Part shown: piece after piece, positions 1-8,809 of the stretch | How positions within the stretch are numbered: position 1 is the stretch's first letter | Layout of the letters: the number at the start of each line of letters is the position of its first letter | Origin: a bacterium | GTDB lineage: Bacteria; Zhuqueibacterota; QNDG01; CAYUAG01 | Assembly (NCBI GenBank): GCA_046483025.1 | Contig: JAWODZ010000105.1 | Coordinates: forward strand, 7,206-71,205 | Direction: 5' to 3' | Length of the DNA stretch: 64,000 nt | The notes under the pieces: model-generated | Databases searched by the model: none | Told to the model about the DNA's origin: nothing | Seen by the model: only the letters and a program-made list of their open reading frames with translations | Position numbers and translations under genes: made by a program

Positions 1-1125
1 CTCTTCTTCCTTTCTTTCAACATATACTACTGCCCGGGTCCCGGTTTTCAGAACTGCTGAGGCGGGAATTAACAGTGGTCTCTTGCCGTCTTTGTCTTTT
101 CTTATTTCAGATAAAACAATTCCATTTACGAACATTCCGGGCTTTAAATTACCGGCTTGGTTGTCCAGGCTCATCCGTACTCGTACGGATCTTGTTTTTT
201 GATTTAGTACAGGATCAATAAAATCTATGTTACTGGAAAATATTTGTCCGGGTAAGGCTTCTACTTGGAGTGAGACCTTCTGCCCCGGTCTAATATGGGG
301 CAAGTCAGATTCAAATGCATCCAGAACCACCCACACCTTATTTAGATCGGCAATTTGATAAATAGGTGTCCCTTTCTTAACATACATGCCCTCTTCTGCA
401 TTTTTATGAGTAACAATACCGCTTATGGGGCTGTTTATGGTTATACGGTCGACTGCGGTAGCACGTTTTTCAAGACGTTCTATCTGTTGTTGGCTTAAAC
501 CGAGTTGAACAAGTTTTTCCCGGGCCGCTTCCCTGGTAGCCCTGATCATTTTCCGGGTCATTTCATCATCCGTTTTTGCACTCTGCTTCAGTGTTTGCAG
601 GTATTCTTCCTGAGCAGCATAAAGAGTGGGACTGTATATTTCAACCAACGGGGCACCTTTGATTATACTTTTACCGGTAAAATCAACATAAAGCCTTTCC
701 AGTCGTCCCCCTGCCCAGGCCGTGATACGTTTTACTCTGGTTTCATCGTACTCCACTTTTCCGGAAAGGCGTAGCTCTGATTTGGCAATACCCCGTTTAA
801 CAGCTACAGTTTCAATTTCAGCAAGTTTTCTGGCTGCTGCTGACATGACTAATTCCGTTTCTCCAGCCTCAGATGATTCTGTTTTTAGAGGGATCAGATC
901 CATAAAACAAATGGGGCACTGTCCTGGTTCAGGCAGTCTGATCTGAGGATGCATGGAACAGGTCCAGATTTCCGCCTTCCGGGTTGACTCAGCTTCTGTA
1001 TGCCTGGGTTGATGAGCAATTTTTTGGGTATTGTCAGTATCAATCTCACCCAACCAGTAGCCCAGGATGAAAATAATGAGCAGCCAGTACCAGGTTTTGT
1101 TAATTAAAGTAGGTATTTTTTTGAA
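1..1125 (-). CDS. Efflux RND periplasmic adaptor (membrane fusion protein, CusB/CzcB-like), 3' end beyond window. The minus-strand frame reads MHPQIRLPEPGQCPICFMDLIP... (N-terminal heavy-metal-binding motif of CusB-type adaptors), followed by HlyD/biotin-lipoyl-like and beta-barrel regions. Possible TTG start near 1125 giving a signal-anchor (KKIPTLINKTWYWLLIIFILGYW), otherwise ATG at 954.
   Basis: Manual translation of the reverse complement of 1-1125. Open frame runs off the window start. MHPxxxPGxCPICxM motif. Position downstream of a TolC-like gene in the same orientation. Not in the ORF track because it is incomplete. Confidence 0.65.
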
Positions 1126-1154
1126 AATCAAAGAAAATTTTTTTATTGTATTAT

Positions 1155-2519
1155 TTATTTTTCCCATAAAGTTCCCCCCATAATAAATTCAAGATCGGCA
1201 ACTGCAATGTAATAATCGGTCAGTGCTTTCTCAGCTGAAAGTTGATACATCAGATACATTTTCTGGGAATCGATGATGTTCAGAAATTCAGAGTCATCAC
1301 TGATATAAGCTTTTTCTGAGGCTTGTAAGGATTCCCAGGCTTTGGGCAGCAGTTTATCTTTATATAATTTATACTTTCGACTGGTTTCCCTGATCCGGAA
1401 CCAGATGGTCTCCAGTTGATTCCGAAGATTGTTTTTTTGATCCTGGTAGATAAAATCGGATTTCAGCTTGTTTAATTTTGCTGATTGAATCTCACTTGAT
1501 TGCTTGAAAAACCATAAAGGGATGCTCATAGATCCCATGATCACCAGGGGATCTTTTCCGCTTTCAGGAACCGGTTGACCGGCTGTTTTGAATTTGTTTC
1601 CGGTAAAAATGTAGTCAACTCCAATACTGAAATCCGGTAATAAGTTTAATTTTTTTAGTTTTATTTCCCGATTCATAATTTGATTTGACAATTCATATTT
1701 TTTCAATTGGGGATTGTTGTTCAGTATAAGCTGAATAAATTTCTCTTTTGAATCGGAAACAGGTTTAAAAGTAAGACTATCAGGTGTTTCGATTTTATTC
1801 AGTTGGACATTTAAAAGCCAGTGAAAGGTTGCCAGAAAGGTTTCCTTTTTATTTTTCAAGGTCTCAATATCATCCTGCAGTTTGAGCAGTTTCATTTGGG
1901 TTTTCATAAGATCAGCATGACGGGAAAGGTTGCTTTTATAGCGATTCAGAATTACCTTCTCCCAGTTCTCTACCAGTTTAATATTCCGGGAAGTAATTGT
2001 CACTGCTCTTTCCAGGTAATAGTTTTTGTAATAAACTTTTTGCAGTTGAAGCAGTTTTTTATTTATGACTGTCTGGAGCTGATGGAAAGAAGCTTTTGCC
2101 TGCAAGCTCTGTATATCTGATTGTACAATCAGTTTTCCGAGCCAGGGAATGGGTTGTCGAATACCTAATTTATATTCTTGCGGACCTACTGCGGTTTCAA
2201 TATTTTCAATAAAATAACCGAAACTTATGCGTGGATCAGGCAGGCCTTTAGCAACTGCAATTCTTTTAAGAGCGGCTTTCCATCCGGCAAAGGCTGATTT
2301 AATGGCAGGATTGTTTTTTAAAAGGATCTGGGTGTATTCTTTTAAATCAGGCTTAGTGCTTATTTTGTATTCTTCCTGCTTTAAAAATGATTTCCGAACC
2401 AGATGATAGGGATCCTGATCTGATGTAACCTGAGCCTTAGTGAAGGAGAATATTCCCGAAATAATTAAGGTTAAAATAATAATGGGTAAATTGCTTGATT
2501 GTAAATTGATAGATTTCAT
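1155..2519 (-). CDS. Outer membrane efflux protein (TolC/CusC/OprM family outer membrane factor)
   Basis: 454 aa, N-terminal signal peptide, two OEP-like repeats with coiled-coil-rich composition, immediately upstream of a membrane fusion protein gene. Confidence 0.75.
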   Translation of the reverse strand: MKSINLQSSNLPIIILTLIISGIFSFTKAQVTSDQDPYHLVRKSFLKQEEYKISTKPDLKEYTQILLKNNPAIKSAFAGWKAALKRIAVAKGLPDPRISFGYFIENIETAVGPQEYKLGIRQPIPWLGKLIVQSDIQSLQAKASFHQLQTVINKKLLQLQKVYYKNYYLERAVTITSRNIKLVENWEKVILNRYKSNLSRHADLMKTQMKLLKLQDDIETLKNKKETFLATFHWLLNVQLNKIETPDSLTFKPVSDSKEKFIQLILNNNPQLKKYELSNQIMNREIKLKKLNLLPDFSIGVDYIFTGNKFKTAGQPVPESGKDPLVIMGSMSIPLWFFKQSSEIQSAKLNKLKSDFIYQDQKNNLRNQLETIWFRIRETSRKYKLYKDKLLPKAWESLQASEKAYISDDSEFLNIIDSQKMYLMYQLSAEKALTDYYIAVADLEFIMGGTLWEK

Positions 2520-2584
2520 GATTCAACTCTTTGGTTAAATGTATCAGGGAGTATAGGATATGTATACTCCCTGATTGTTGATTT

Positions 2585-3067
2585 TTATTCCTTGTCCTGT
2601 TTTATATACTTATCCGGATTTTTCTCGAATTTTTCTTTACACCCTTCACAGCAAAAATATACTTTTTCCCCCTTATATTCAGTAAAGTCTTCCGGATTGG
2701 AAGGTTTACCGGATACCGGACAGGGAACAGATTCAAGTTTTACACCTGCATCTTTCATCTTCTTCATATACTTTTCCGGATCCTTCTTAAAGGTTTCTAC
2801 GCAGCCGGAACAGCAGAAATAAACTCTTTTGCCCTGGTAATCGGTATATATTTCTTTGTTTATCTTATTTCCCATGACCGGACAATTTTCCTGATTTTCC
2901 TCAGCTGTTTTTACATCTTCTTTATGCTGGCAATCCTGGCAGTCTGATTTTTCCGTTTCATGGTGTTCTTTTTCACAGCATTCTTCCTGCTGGGCTAAAA
3001 GTGATTGGGATATAAAAACAAGTCCCAGAAAAAGTATTAGTACTGTAATTAATGTTTTTGTTTTCAT
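2585..3067 (-). CDS. Secreted His/Cys/Glu-rich metal-binding protein with two YHS/TRASH-like domains
   Basis: Signal peptide MKTKTLITVLILFLGLVFISQSLLA. N-terminal CCEKEHHETEKSDCQDCQH tract. Two copies of a ...YFCC(S/E)GC...F.K(D/N)P.KY motif typical of YHS copper-binding domains. Directly upstream of tolC-like and MFP genes. Confidence 0.55.
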   Translation of the reverse strand: MKTKTLITVLILFLGLVFISQSLLAQQEECCEKEHHETEKSDCQDCQHKEDVKTAEENQENCPVMGNKINKEIYTDYQGKRVYFCCSGCVETFKKDPEKYMKKMKDAGVKLESVPCPVSGKPSNPEDFTEYKGEKVYFCCEGCKEKFEKNPDKYIKQDKE

Positions 3068-3243
3068 GTTTTTTTCTCCTATGTTTGTTTTAAATTAGGT
3101 CACATTTCTCTATAAATTTTGTTAATTTCAGACCTCAAAGGTTTTCAAAACCTTTGAGGTCTTTATGTCTTATAAGAAGCTTTACCTCTGCGGACAATGA
3201 AGCTTATCTATAGTTTGTACTTAGTGTCATCTCTGCTCTCTGC

Positions 3244-4299
3244 TTAATCCGGTAATGCCTGATAAAATGCCTTCCAGAAAGGATCCACCCGGGGATGCTG
3301 CAGGGGTTTTTGTTTTCCCTTAGAGGAAACCGTCAATCCCTGAGAAGGATTTGTGAGTTCTCCTATCACTGAAGCAGCAATATTTTTATCCTCTAGCGCT
3401 TTTACTATATCCTTGGATGTATCCGGTTTGCAGGAAAGAATCAAGGTGCCTTCACTTATAGCTGCATAAGGATCCTTAATACCAAAAAGCTGAGAGATTT
3501 CCTTTACTCCGTCTTCCACAACAATGGCATCTTTATTGATTTGCACACCTAAACCGGCAGCTTGAGCTAATTCATATACACCGCCCCAAATACCTCCTTC
3601 AGTCGCATCGTGCATTGCAGTAACTCCCTTATCTCTGACCCCGATACTTACAGCTGTTTTGGCATCGTCAACAACTGACATTTTATAGAATATATTTTGT
3701 GATTTTTCAGCGAATTCATTACCGAGACTGGCTGCAATCTTTTCAGGGAACATGGCTGCAAAAATTCCAGAGGATTCTATGGCTGGACCTTTGGTGATAA
3801 TCAAGTGATCACCAGGTTGAGCAAGTTTTGGGGTTACATAATCTTCTTTTTCTCCAACAGCTATCACTGTTGCTCCTCCTACCATGGGAAAGTGACAGTT
3901 TTCATACCGGGCAGTATGACCGCAGACTATGGCAATTCCGAGCTTTTCACACTGTTCGTGAAATACTTGCCAAATGGTTTCCAGTTCGTCTTCTTTAATT
4001 TCCATGGGAAGATTTAAGTCAATGGAAAGGTAGGTTGGAGTCAGTCCGCTGGTCACCACATCGGAAACCAGAATATGAAGAGCAAACCAGGCTGCTTTTT
4101 CATATCCATATTCCGGAACAATGAATACCGGATCCGTGGTCAGAGCTACTGCCTGATTGCCAATCTCTACAATCCCTACATCGACTCCATTTTGGGGGGG
4201 AACCAGTACTGTATTTCTCTTTTTCCCCAAACGGGGGTAAATTAATTCTTCAAATACTTCCGGGGAAATTTTTCCAATGTCTGGTAGTTTTGCTTTCAT
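3244..4299 (-). CDS. AIR synthase-related (PurM superfamily) protein, HypE-like layout
   Basis: 351 aa. Motifs: N-domain TTDPVFIVP...ILVSDVVTSGLTPTYLSIDLNLP, and IAIVCGHTARYEN...GGATVIAVG (ATP-binding half). Lacks the HypE C-terminal Cys. Last gene of the sulfur operon. Confidence 0.6.
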   Translation of the reverse strand: MKAKLPDIGKISPEVFEELIYPRLGKKRNTVLVPPQNGVDVGIVEIGNQAVALTTDPVFIVPEYGYEKAAWFALHILVSDVVTSGLTPTYLSIDLNLPMEIKEDELETIWQVFHEQCEKLGIAIVCGHTARYENCHFPMVGGATVIAVGEKEDYVTPKLAQPGDHLIITKGPAIESSGIFAAMFPEKIAASLGNEFAEKSQNIFYKMSVVDDAKTAVSIGVRDKGVTAMHDATEGGIWGGVYELAQAAGLGVQINKDAIVVEDGVKEISQLFGIKDPYAAISEGTLILSCKPDTSKDIVKALEDKNIAASVIGELTNPSQGLTVSSKGKQKPLQHPRVDPFWKAFYQALPD

Positions 4300-4323
4300 G
4301 ATTTTTCCTTGTACAAAATTATT

Positions 4324-5394
4324 TCATGTAACCACTTTTTCGATCCAGGCTGAACCCACGACAATATCATTATCATAAAAAACTGCCAGCTGTCCCGGGG
4401 TGATGGCTCTCTGAGGTGTGTCAAACCGAACTTTAATCCGGTTGTTTTCCCTGGGAAAAACCTCAGCCCATTGAGCCTGATGTCTGTATCTGATTTTAGT
4501 TTCAAAACGGGAAGGTTCTTTTATCATTTCCCGGTTTATCCACTGCGGGTCTGATGCCAGAAAGCAGGAGTCATAAAGATCTTCCCTGTCTCCTACCACA
4601 ACTGTGTTGGATTCCGCATCTATACGGGTGACATAAGCTGGTTTCCCGATTGCAATTCCCAATCCTTTACGTTGTCCGATGGTAAACCCTGAGATCCCGT
4701 CGTGGGATCCAATCCTTTGACCTTCCTCATTGATAATGAGTCCTTTCGGGGGGTTCTCTTTTCCCAGCTGTCTTTTAATGAAAGCATCTAAATTTCCATC
4801 CGGAACAAAGCAAACTTCCTGGCTTTCATCTTTCTCATGAACCGGCAGATTGAGTTTACGGGCAAGATCTCGGATCTCAGATTTTGCATAGGAGCCCAAG
4901 GGGAATAAAGCTCTCTGCAGATCAGTTTTGTTCAGGCGAGCGAGAAAGTAGGATTGATCTTTTCTTTTTTCTTTGCTTCTTTTTAATACTTTTGTCTTGA
5001 ATTCTTCTGAGTCTTCCAAAATGACATAATGACCGGTAGCTATACATTGAGCGTTTAATTCATCCGCCTTTTTCAGTAAGATATCAAATTTTATTTTTTT
5101 ATTGCAGACCACACAGGGATTTGGGGTCCTGCCCTTCAGGTAATCTGAGACAAAATAATCCACGATTTCTTTTTTAAAAATTTTTTCCAGAGAAAGTATA
5201 TGATGGGGTATTTTCAGCTGTTTTGAAACTGCCTGAGCATCCTGAAGATCTTTTTCTGAGCAGCAGCGATTTTCATGTCCCCAGAATTGCATACTTACTC
5301 CAATTACTTCATATCCCTGGTTTTTTAAAATGGCAGCGGCAACAGAAGAGTCCACTCCTCCGCTCATGGCTGCCAAAACCCGATTGGATTTCAT
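4324..5394 (-). CDS. mnmA: tRNA-specific 2-thiouridylase MnmA
   Basis: MSGGVDSSV PP-loop, RTPNPCVVCNKKIKF catalytic cysteine region, ATGHY motif. Colinear with E. coli MnmA. Confidence 0.85.
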   Translation of the reverse strand: MKSNRVLAAMSGGVDSSVAAAILKNQGYEVIGVSMQFWGHENRCCSEKDLQDAQAVSKQLKIPHHILSLEKIFKKEIVDYFVSDYLKGRTPNPCVVCNKKIKFDILLKKADELNAQCIATGHYVILEDSEEFKTKVLKRSKEKRKDQSYFLARLNKTDLQRALFPLGSYAKSEIRDLARKLNLPVHEKDESQEVCFVPDGNLDAFIKRQLGKENPPKGLIINEEGQRIGSHDGISGFTIGQRKGLGIAIGKPAYVTRIDAESNTVVVGDREDLYDSCFLASDPQWINREMIKEPSRFETKIRYRHQAQWAEVFPRENNRIKVRFDTPQRAITPGQLAVFYDNDIVVGSAWIEKVVT

Positions 5395-6242
5395 GTCTTC
5401 TCCGCTGGATAATTTTCTTTCAGAATTTCGTTCATGCTGCCGGTTCGATATCCTTCCAGATCAACTGTTATATATGTATATCCAATTTGCTTAAATTTTC
5501 TAATTATTCTCTCACGTGTATTTTTATTTAATATTTCAGATAGATTATTTTGTTCAACTTCAATCCTTGCAGTTTGCTGATTATGTCGCACTCGGACTTG
5601 CTTGAAGCCTTTTTCCATAAGAAAATTTTCTGCTTTCTCCACCATCCGAAGGTTCTCTTTATTGATCTCATGGCCGTAAGGGAATCGTGAAGAGAGACAA
5701 GCATAAGCAGGTTTTTCCCAGGTAGGAAGATCGATCAATTTGGATAATATACGAATTTCTTTTTTAGTCAGACCTACTTGCATAAGAGGGCTTTTTATAC
5801 CCATTTCCTGTAATGCTTGCAATCCCGGTCTGTAGTCGTTAATATCATCTGCATTTGAACCGTCACACAGATAATCGATATCATATTTCTGAGCTGTTTT
5901 TTTCATTTTAGTAAAGAGTTCTTTTTTACAGAAATAACATCTGTCTTTTGGATTTGTGGAGAAATTGGGATTGGAAAGTTCTTTAGTATTAATAATTTCG
6001 AATTTAATATTATTTTTTTTGACAAAATTTTGAGCTGCTTGAAATTCCCTTTGAGGATAGGTTTCAGATTTGGCAATTACGGTCAATACATTTTCTTTAA
6101 GAATTTTATGTGCTACAGCTAGCAGAAAGGTAGAGTCAACCCCACCAGAAAAGGCAATAGCAACCTTTTTCATACTCTCGAGTAGATTTTCCAAATCTCG
6201 CAGTTTATCACTCATAGATGATGTGTTTTTTTTCTTTGTCAT
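5391..6242 (-). CDS. PP-loop ATP pyrophosphatase of the LarE/TIGR00268 family; likely [4Fe-4S]-dependent sulfur transferase
   Basis: SGGVDSTFLL PP-loop. CYFCKKELF...YLCDGSNADD three-Cys pattern. ACLSSRFPYG (LarE-type Cys region). 4-nt ATGA overlap with mnmA. Confidence 0.7.
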   Translation of the reverse strand: MTKKKNTSSMSDKLRDLENLLESMKKVAIAFSGGVDSTFLLAVAHKILKENVLTVIAKSETYPQREFQAAQNFVKKNNIKFEIINTKELSNPNFSTNPKDRCYFCKKELFTKMKKTAQKYDIDYLCDGSNADDINDYRPGLQALQEMGIKSPLMQVGLTKKEIRILSKLIDLPTWEKPAYACLSSRFPYGHEINKENLRMVEKAENFLMEKGFKQVRVRHNQQTARIEVEQNNLSEILNKNTRERIIRKFKQIGYTYITVDLEGYRTGSMNEILKENYPAEKT

Positions 6243-6319
6243 AACTTCAGACTTTCTATTAGATAATTATTGTTTAATTATTCATCATGGTTATCAACCT
6301 GTATACTTGAACACAGTGA

Positions 6320-6748
6320 TTATTCAGATTCAAAATTTTTTTCATACATAACCACCATATCTTTCAAGGTAATTTTTTGTAACGTATCAGAAATCCTTTC
6401 ATCTAATGTACACCACACATTTCTGGCAGTACAGGAGTTACTTCGATTGCACATTTCAGGCAGTGGTACACAGTCAACCGGAGCCGTGTTACCTTCCAGA
6501 ATTCTCAGTATATCTTTTAAATTAATATTATCCGGGGCTTTGGTCAGTTGATAGCCACCGTGCGGCCCTCTTACAGATCTGATTAATTTTGCCGATTTCA
6601 GTAAAGGTACAATATGTTCAAGATATTTAGTGGTGAGACCCTCAGCATCAGCTATATCTTTTAATAATACAGGCCCCTTTCCGTATTTTAAAGCCAGCTG
6701 AAACATTAACCGCGTTCCGTATCTCCCCTTGGTTGATAATTGCCACAT
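6320..6748 (-). CDS. Rrf2-family transcriptional regulator (IscR/NsrR-like, Cys-ligated Fe-S sensing type)
   Basis: N-terminal wHTH (GRYGTRLMFQLALKYGKGPVLLKDIADAEGLTTKYLEHI) plus C-terminal C-x6-C-x5-C-x6-C cluster. Confidence 0.75.
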   Translation of the reverse strand: MWQLSTKGRYGTRLMFQLALKYGKGPVLLKDIADAEGLTTKYLEHIVPLLKSAKLIRSVRGPHGGYQLTKAPDNINLKDILRILEGNTAPVDCVPLPEMCNRSNSCTARNVWCTLDERISDTLQKITLKDMVVMYEKNFESE

Positions 6749-6767
6749 TGGATTTCCTTGAAGTTAT

Positions 6768-7232
6768 TTAATTAACATTATTTTCAACAGAACAGACAGG
6801 ACATTCCTCTGCTAAAGGATACCCCTTTTCAATCCAGGTATTTATTCCCCCGACAAGATTATATACTTCCTTAAAGCCCAGGTTTTCCATTTTATTTAAG
6901 GTGTTTCCACTCCTATTACCGCTTCTACAATAGATTAAATAGGTCTTGTTTTTATCCAGATCATCCAGGAGTTCAGTGAAATCCGGAGAGTAGTAATCAA
7001 TATTTATCGCATCTTGAATATGTCCCTGATCGAACTCAGATTCCGTTCTCACATCGATTATCATAAAATCGTCATTTGTTTTATTATCCTGAATCAATTG
7101 ATAAGCTTCTTCAGCAGACATATCTTTTATTACCTGATTTTCTTTTTCATTCGGATCTGTAATGCAACTACTGGTGAGGAATAAAAGTAATATTACCGAG
7201 GGCATAATTATTTTTGATTTATTTGAAAACAT
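6768..7232 (-). CDS. Rhodanese-domain sulfurtransferase, predicted lipoprotein
   Basis: Signal peptide with lipobox LFLTSSC. Rhodanese active-site loop CRSGNRSG. C-terminal CPVC. Confidence 0.7.
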   Translation of the reverse strand: MFSNKSKIIMPSVILLLFLTSSCITDPNEKENQVIKDMSAEEAYQLIQDNKTNDDFMIIDVRTESEFDQGHIQDAINIDYYSPDFTELLDDLDKNKTYLIYCRSGNRSGNTLNKMENLGFKEVYNLVGGINTWIEKGYPLAEECPVCSVENNVN

Positions 7233-7266
7233 AAGGACACTCCATATTTTAATTGAAAGTATGTAT

Positions 7267-8166
7267 CTAACTGTATTCCAGCATTAATTGTAGAGCCTGA
7301 TTTGCTGAATTAATTATTTCATGGGAAAGATTTATCTCATAGTGGTTGTTTTCCAGAGCAAAATAAACACTTTTTAGGGAGATTTTTTTCATGTTCTGAC
7401 ATATTTGGGGAGAACCAGCTGAATAAAATTCTTTTGTCGGATTTTCTCTTTTTAATCTGTCAATCAGACCTTCTTCTGTTCCGATTATGATTCGTTCAGC
7501 CTTAGATTCCCGGGCAAATCTCACCATATCCCCGGTTGATCCAACTTTATCGGCAAGGTCAATAACTTCTTTTCGGCATTCCGGATGTACAATGACAGGA
7601 GCATCGGGGAAATTGTTCTTTGTTGTTAAAACTTCTTCCGGAGTGATTCTGGAATGGACATAACAGAAACCGTCCCAGATTATCAACTTTTTATCAACAA
7701 AGCGCTGTACCCATTGACCAAGGTTGGTATCAGGAGTAAATATAATCTTATCAGCTTCTATATTTTTCACTACCTCTACAGCATTTGAGGATGTACAGCA
7801 GACATCACTGACTGCTTTAACCTCTGCAGTTGTATTTACATAAGAAACTACTTTTGCTTTCGGATGCTTTTTTTTCAAATCAAGTATATCTTCAGGTGTG
7901 ATCATATTAGCCATAGGACATCCGGCATCGATTTCCGGGAGCAGTACTCTTTTTGCTGGAGATAATATTTTTGCTGTTTCTGCCATAAATTTGACCCCGC
8001 AAAAAACAATAGTATCTGCTTCAGTCTCTGCTGCTTTTTGGGCCAGGCCCAGGGAATCACCCAGATAATCGGCAATTTCCTGTATTTCATTTATCTGATA
8101 GTTATGAACCAACAGTACAGCATTTCTTTTCTTAATCAATTCTTTAATTTTCTTTTGTAATTTCAT
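7267..8166 (-). CDS. nadA: Quinolinate synthase NadA
   Basis: HNYQ, CGVKFMAE, AGCPMA, CYVHSRI, HPEC motifs (three Cys ligands of the [4Fe-4S] cluster). Confidence 0.85.
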   Translation of the reverse strand: MKLQKKIKELIKKRNAVLLVHNYQINEIQEIADYLGDSLGLAQKAAETEADTIVFCGVKFMAETAKILSPAKRVLLPEIDAGCPMANMITPEDILDLKKKHPKAKVVSYVNTTAEVKAVSDVCCTSSNAVEVVKNIEADKIIFTPDTNLGQWVQRFVDKKLIIWDGFCYVHSRITPEEVLTTKNNFPDAPVIVHPECRKEVIDLADKVGSTGDMVRFARESKAERIIIGTEEGLIDRLKRENPTKEFYSAGSPQICQNMKKISLKSVYFALENNHYEINLSHEIINSANQALQLMLEYS

Positions 8167-8175
8167 AGTCTTTAA

Positions 8176-8808
8176 TCATGAAAATTTTATTTTTATATCC
8201 TTAATATCCCATAACGGCTCAATCTTTTCTTTTATTTCCTCTTTAATATTATTGGCAAATTGATGGTCTTCTGGTAAATTTATTTGTATAGTTACATGAC
8301 CGTCTTTCATTTCAATGTTATCAACAATATCTGTTTTCACAATATCCAGTCCGGTTAAGGGATTCATGACATGCTTGAGTCGTTTTTCTATAATTTCTGT
8401 AGTAGTTGGAGTTTTTTCTTTTATCAATCCTTTTCTCTCTTCATAATCCTTAATGGCTGCCCTTAATCCTTCAACTGCCAGTACCGAACAATGGGCTTTA
8501 ATAGGGGGGAGTCCGCCTAAAGCCTTGGAAGCCTGTTTCCAGGTAATTTTTTTTGCTTCCTTAATTGTTTTACCTTTAGCCAATTCTGTGATAATAGAAC
8601 CTGTAGCAATATTTGAGGCACATCCATAGGATCTGAACTTTATATCTTTAATTTTTTTATTTTTATCATCAACTTTTATTTGAACTGATACCATGTCACC
8701 GCAGGCAGGACTGCCTTCAGTGGCTTTTCCGTCAGGATTATCTATTTCACCTACATTTTGAGGATTTTTAAAATGTTTTAATACTTTTTCACTGTAGGGA
8801 AAGTCCAT
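8176..8808 (-). CDS. nifU: NifU/IscU-type Fe-S scaffold fused to a C-terminal DUF59/MIP18-like domain
   Basis: SPACGDM...GCASN...HCS scaffold cysteines. C-terminal ~70 aa NPLTGLDIVKTDIV...DGHVTIQINLPE resembles DUF59. Start chosen at MDFPYSEK to avoid overlap with nifS. Confidence 0.7.
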   Translation of the reverse strand: MDFPYSEKVLKHFKNPQNVGEIDNPDGKATEGSPACGDMVSVQIKVDDKNKKIKDIKFRSYGCASNIATGSIITELAKGKTIKEAKKITWKQASKALGGLPPIKAHCSVLAVEGLRAAIKDYEERKGLIKEKTPTTTEIIEKRLKHVMNPLTGLDIVKTDIVDNIEMKDGHVTIQINLPEDHQFANNIKEEIKEKIEPLWDIKDIKIKFS

Positions 8809-8809
8809 A

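Noticed and set aside
505-946. Plus-strand ORFs 505-774 and 722-946
   Set aside because: Antisense to the well-supported CusB-like adaptor gene on the minus strand; low-complexity translations.
1821-2120. Plus-strand 99-aa ORF
   Set aside because: Lies entirely inside the TolC-like gene on the opposite strand; no motif support.
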